A stretch of DNA of 64,000 nt. Source: Acidobacteriota bacterium (GTDB lineage Bacteria > Acidobacteriota > Terriglobia > Acidiferrales > UBA7541). The stretch's first letter is position 1. Every line of letters begins with the position of its first letter. Under the pieces are notes generated by a model. The model did no database searches and was not told the origin of the DNA. It saw only the letters and a list, made by a program, of their open reading frames with translations. Shown here in pieces: positions 57,077 through 64,000 of this stretch. The translations under genes and the position numbers were made by a program. The stretch is taken from the NCBI GenBank assembly GCA_013289585.1, contig JABCZR010000005.1, positions 46,117-110,116 of the forward strand, in the 5' to 3' direction.

Positions 57077-58915
57077 CTACTTGCCGCCGAGGGTGCGGTC
57101 GAGGTTGAAGGCAGCGCTGATTAGAGCTAGGTGCGTGAAGGCTTGTGGGAAATTGCCTAGGGCTTGGCCTTGCGCGCTGGTTTGTTCGGCGTAGAGTCCG
57201 AGGTGATTGGCGTAGCCGAGCATGCGTTCGAAGAGGAGTCGCGCTTTGTCGAGCCAGGCGGGATTAGCCTGGCCGGCGCGAGTGAGTGCTTCCACGAGCC
57301 AGAAGGAGCACATGTTGAAGGTGCCCTCTTCGCCGGGTAGGCCGTCGACGCGGGGCTGCGGTGGATAACGATAGACGAGGCCGTCGCTGACGAGTCCGCC
57401 CTGGCGCGGATTCTCAAGGATGGCTTTGAGGGTGGTGATCATGCGTGGATCGGTGGGCGCCATGAAAAAAACGAGCGGCATCATCAAGACGGAAGCGTCG
57501 AGGTCTTCGCTGCCGTAGTATTGCGTGAAGGCGTGGCGGGTTTCGTTCCAGCCGCGGGTCATGACTTCTTCGTAGATGGCGTCGCGCTCGCGGAGCCATC
57601 GCTGGAGGTCGGCGGGGAACGAGCGCCGGTTGGCGAGGCGGATGCCGCGATCGAGCGCTACCCAATTCATTAATTTCGAATAGACGAAATTTTGTTTGCC
57701 GCTGCGCATCTCCCAGATGCCTTCGTCGGGCGCTTGCCAATTGTCGCAAACCCAATCGAGACGCCGGCGGATGCGAACCCAGAAATCGTAGGCGATCGGG
57801 CCGACGTATTTGTTGTAGAGATAGAGCGAATCCATGAGCTCGCCGTAGATGTCGGCCTGATATTGCTCGGCGGCGGCGTTGCCGATGCGGACGGGAGCGG
57901 AACCGAAGTAGCCCTCCCAATGATGGAGAGATTCTTCGGCGGGGACAGGCTCGCCATAGATTGTGAAAACGGTGGGGAGTGGGTGACCGGTGCGAGGGTG
58001 CTTGGCGACGTAGTGCTGCATCCAGTTCACGAAGCCGGCGGCTTCGTCGGTGAAGCCGAGGCGGACAAATGCGTAGACGGTGAAGGCGGCGTCGCGGATC
58101 CAGGCGAAGCGATAATCCCAGTTGCGAGAGCCGCCGATGACTTCGGGGAGACTGGTTGTAGGCGCAGCAATGATCGCGCCGGTGGGCTCGAAGGTGAGGA
58201 GCTTGAGGACGAGAGCGGAGCGCTCGACACGCTCGCGCCAGCGGCCGCGATAGGTGCAGTTGGTAAGCCAACCCTGCCAAAATTTCACGGTGCGCTGGAA
58301 GGGCTCTTCGGCTTCGCGTTCGGAGGTTGGCGCGGGCAGTGGCGTCGATTGGTCGTCGTGCTGGAAGACGAACGTCCTGGATTGACCTTCCTCGAGGACA
58401 AATTCGGCGGTGACGCCGCCTTGGTTGTCGATTTTGAGGGGAACGTGGGCGGAAAGGCTGAAGTGGAAATTGTTGGCGTGGAAGCTGGCGCCGCCGTCAA
58501 CGAGCTGGACTTGGTGAGGCTGGCGGCCGTAGTCGAAGGCGGGGCGGCACACAGCGGAGAGACGTACGGGACCGCGGACGCAACGGACTCGGCGATGGAG
58601 CTGATGATAGGACATGGAGTCGGAGGAGAAACCAACAGGCATGAAATCTTCTAGCTCGACGATGCCGTCTTCGTGTGAGAAACGTGTGACGAGAATGTTT
58701 GTGGAGGGCCAGTAAAATTGTTTGCGGCGGACTTGGTCGGCGATGGGTGCGATTTGGAAGCTGCCGCCTTTGGCGTCGTCGAGCAACGCGCCGAAAACGC
58801 TGGGGGAGTCGAAGTTGGGCGAGCAATGCCAATCGATGGAACCGTTCATGCCGACGAGGGCGACGGTGCGCATGTTGCCGATGATTCCGTAGTCTTCGAT
58901 GGGTTGGTAGGGCAC
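57077..58915 (-). CDS. Glycoside hydrolase family 15 (trehalase/glucoamylase-like)
   Basis: [40 protein letters not shown] and GNFPQAFTH. Confidence 0.93.
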   Translation of the reverse strand: MPYQPIEDYGIIGNMRTVALVGMNGSIDWHCSPNFDSPSVFGALLDDAKGGSFQIAPIADQVRRKQFYWPSTNILVTRFSHEDGIVELEDFMPVGFSSDSMSYHQLHRRVRCVRGPVRLSAVCRPAFDYGRQPHQVQLVDGGASFHANNFHFSLSAHVPLKIDNQGGVTAEFVLEEGQSRTFVFQHDDQSTPLPAPTSEREAEEPFQRTVKFWQGWLTNCTYRGRWRERVERSALVLKLLTFEPTGAIIAAPTTSLPEVIGGSRNWDYRFAWIRDAAFTVYAFVRLGFTDEAAGFVNWMQHYVAKHPRTGHPLPTVFTIYGEPVPAEESLHHWEGYFGSAPVRIGNAAAEQYQADIYGELMDSLYLYNKYVGPIAYDFWVRIRRRLDWVCDNWQAPDEGIWEMRSGKQNFVYSKLMNWVALDRGIRLANRRSFPADLQRWLRERDAIYEEVMTRGWNETRHAFTQYYGSEDLDASVLMMPLVFFMAPTDPRMITTLKAILENPRQGGLVSDGLVYRYPPQPRVDGLPGEEGTFNMCSFWLVEALTRAGQANPAWLDKARLLFERMLGYANHLGLYAEQTSAQGQALGNFPQAFTHLALISAAFNLDRTLGGK

Positions 58916-59112
58916 CCCAATTTTCTCCCGGAATCGTATGTTCTCACGTTACAGCTAAGAATAGGAGGAAGCGATCGAGGGTTTGGTGTTGTAGCGCACT
59001 AACACTTTGCAAAAAGTTGGATGGAAGGCTCGACGTGTTCGGCAAAATCCTGGCCATACTCGAAGGCAAATTCCTCCTGCCCGCTTTTCTTGGCAGGTCT
59101 TATTGGCGAATT

Positions 59113-59188
59113 TGGCTGGGGCGGAAGGATTCGAACCTTCACCGTCCTCATTAACAGTGAGGTGTCCTACCAGTTGGACCACGCCCCA
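59113..59188 (-). tRNA. tRNA-Asn(GTT), 76 nt with encoded CCA
   Basis: Full cloverleaf: acceptor TGGGGCG/CGCCCCA, D GTCC/GGAC, anticodon CCTCA-CTGTTAA-TGAGG, T GAAGG-TTCGAAT-CCTTC, then G73 and CCA. Confidence 0.95.
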
Positions 59189-59604
59189 GCGGGTGTTCCG
59201 GCCCAGATTCATTCGGGACCCCCGAAAACCAGGTAGGCTCCGCCGCTAAAAGAGCGGCCGAGGGTGTATCTAAGATACCACGCTGGTATCTCCCGCCTGC
59301 CTAAGAAAAATTTATGCCCAACAAACGAAAAGCTTTACACATCCGCATGCCCTTTCCTCCGATTCGAACGCGGTTTCAACCGGCGCAAACGAATTTTTCG
59401 AAGAATTCGTTGCATCGAGCAAATTTGTTGCATTCAAATGGGCAGTAAATTCATCAATGAACATGTAGGCGAGGTTGCATTCCGGAATGTTTTAGTGGAA
59501 ACTATCGCGTTCATAACACCCGGGCCCGCACTTCCCGGTTAAAGCGTGGGAGGCCCTGACTTCGGCGCACTTATGGTGTGCTCCCCCGACTAGCGCAGAC
59601 GGAC

Positions 59605-60263
59605 ATGGCTCAGATTTTTCATCGCAGTACGAATTTCATCGCTCGGTTCAGTGTGTTCTCCGCTATTTTTCTGGGAGGATTGGCGCTAATCGCGGTGCTT
59701 GCAGTGGCGCGTTCGCCGTATATGACGCGCCAGAACGTGACGCGTGAGCAGCCGGTGCAGTTCAGCCACAAGCACCATGTGGGCGACGACGGGATCGACT
59801 GCCGGTATTGTCATACCGGAGTGGAAACCTCGGCGTTTGCAGGCATTCCTCCCACAAAAACGTGCATGAACTGCCATTCGGTGCTGTTCAACAATGCAAG
59901 TTATTTGGAGCCGGTGCGCGCGAGCTACAGCAGCGATAAATCGATCGAGTGGGTAAAGGTGCACCGGCTAGCGGATTTCGCTTATTTCAACCACAGCATT
60001 CACGTGAATAAAGGCGTTGGCTGCTCGACGTGCCATGGACAGGTGAATCAGATGCCGCTGGTTTTCCAGGCGAATACGCTGCTGATGCAATGGTGCCTGG
60101 ACTGCCATCGCAACCCGGAGCAGGCGCTGCGTCCCAAAGACCAGGTTTTCAATATGGACTGGAAAGCGCCCAGCAATCAGGCGGAAATCGGCGCCAAGTT
60201 GCGGGCTGACTACAAGATTCGGACAACGGAAGAGCTGACGAGTTGTTCGACCTGTCATCGCTG

Positions 60264-60264
<1 letters not shown>
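59605..60264 (+). CDS. actA: Alternative complex III pentaheme cytochrome c subunit
   Basis: QPVQFSHKHH, five CxxCH motifs and FNHSIH; upstream of actB. Confidence 0.88.
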
Positions 60265-63424
<3,160 letters not shown>

Positions 63425-63428
<4 letters not shown>

Positions 63429-64000
63429 GCGCCGGGCAACCGCCACTCGATTCTCCTGAGATTCGGCGCCTCTCGCCGGTGCTGGGGCCGGGGTATACCT
63501 TCGGCTCGGTCACGGACAAGATCAGCGCCATCGTTTTGACGCGTCCCACTTCTCTGGGCTGGTTTATTGGTTTTTCGATTGCGTTCAGCCTGATGGGCTT
63601 GATGACCATCGCGATCGGCTGGCTCATCATCAAAGGCACCGGCATCTGGGGCATCAACATTCCGGTTGGCTGGGGCTTCGCGATCGTCAACTTCGTGTGG
63701 TGGATCGGTATCGGCCATGCAGGCACGCTGATCTCCGCGATTCTCTTTTTGCTGAATCAGAAGTGGCGCACGTCCATCAATCGTTTTGCCGAAGCCATGA
63801 CGCTTTTCGCGGTGGCGTGCGCCGGAATTTTTCCGTTGATTCACACCGGCCGGCCGTGGATGGCGTTTTATATGTTTCCGTATCCCAGCACTATGGGGCT
63901 TTGGCCACAGTTTCGCAGCCCGCTGATCTGGGACGTTTTTGCGGTTTCGACTTACGGCACGGTGTCACTGCTCTTCTGGTACGTGGGGCTGATTCCCGAT
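63425..64000 (+). CDS. actC: Alternative complex III NrfD/PsrC-type quinol oxidase subunit, truncated by the window end
   Basis: Manual translation includes [48 protein letters not shown] and [15 protein letters not shown]. Confidence 0.9.

Larger units (their letters stand above)
55505..59135. mobile_element. 3.6 kb genomic island remnant at tRNA-Asn; no integrase present
   Basis: Flanked by 24-bp direct repeats, one inside the tRNA 3' end; cargo is two genes. Confidence 0.75.

Overview
Bacterial chromosomal window of about 60% GC (estimated by eye). It is most likely from an Acidobacteriota genome. This is inferred from the PadR plus duplicated orphan permease pair, paired carboxypeptidase-regulatory-like proteins, a kinase-TPR protein and an alternative complex III locus. 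Positions 1-17.2 kb are an accessory region: small regulators, a HAF-repeat protein and a copper efflux cluster (leader ORF, TolC, CusB, CusA, P1B ATPase). This region ends in decayed integration sites: a tRNA-Asn 3' fragment, a tRNA-Ser 5' half, an integrase C-terminal remnant, arm-like repeats and an IHF consensus, followed by a Ser/Thr kinase module. Positions 17.2-55.5 kb are mostly housekeeping genes (sugar MFS, msrPQ, M20 peptidase, HU, ABC transporters, tdh, kbl, polA). Between the PilZ gene and the M20 peptidase gene, two unrelated gene blocks lie in tandem between copies of two short repeats, arranged B...A|B...A. A 3.6 kb integrase-less island sits at the 3' end of an intact tRNA-Asn (55.5-59.2 kb). 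The window ends in actABC. No CRISPR array, rRNA or intact transposase/integrase was seen. The best candidates for undescribed biology are the B...A|B...A tandem architecture, a promoter-driven TTGTAAG repeat element upstream of an MFS gene, and a Cys-rich putative copper-sensing leader ORF. All protein assignments rest on motif recognition only; no database searches were run.
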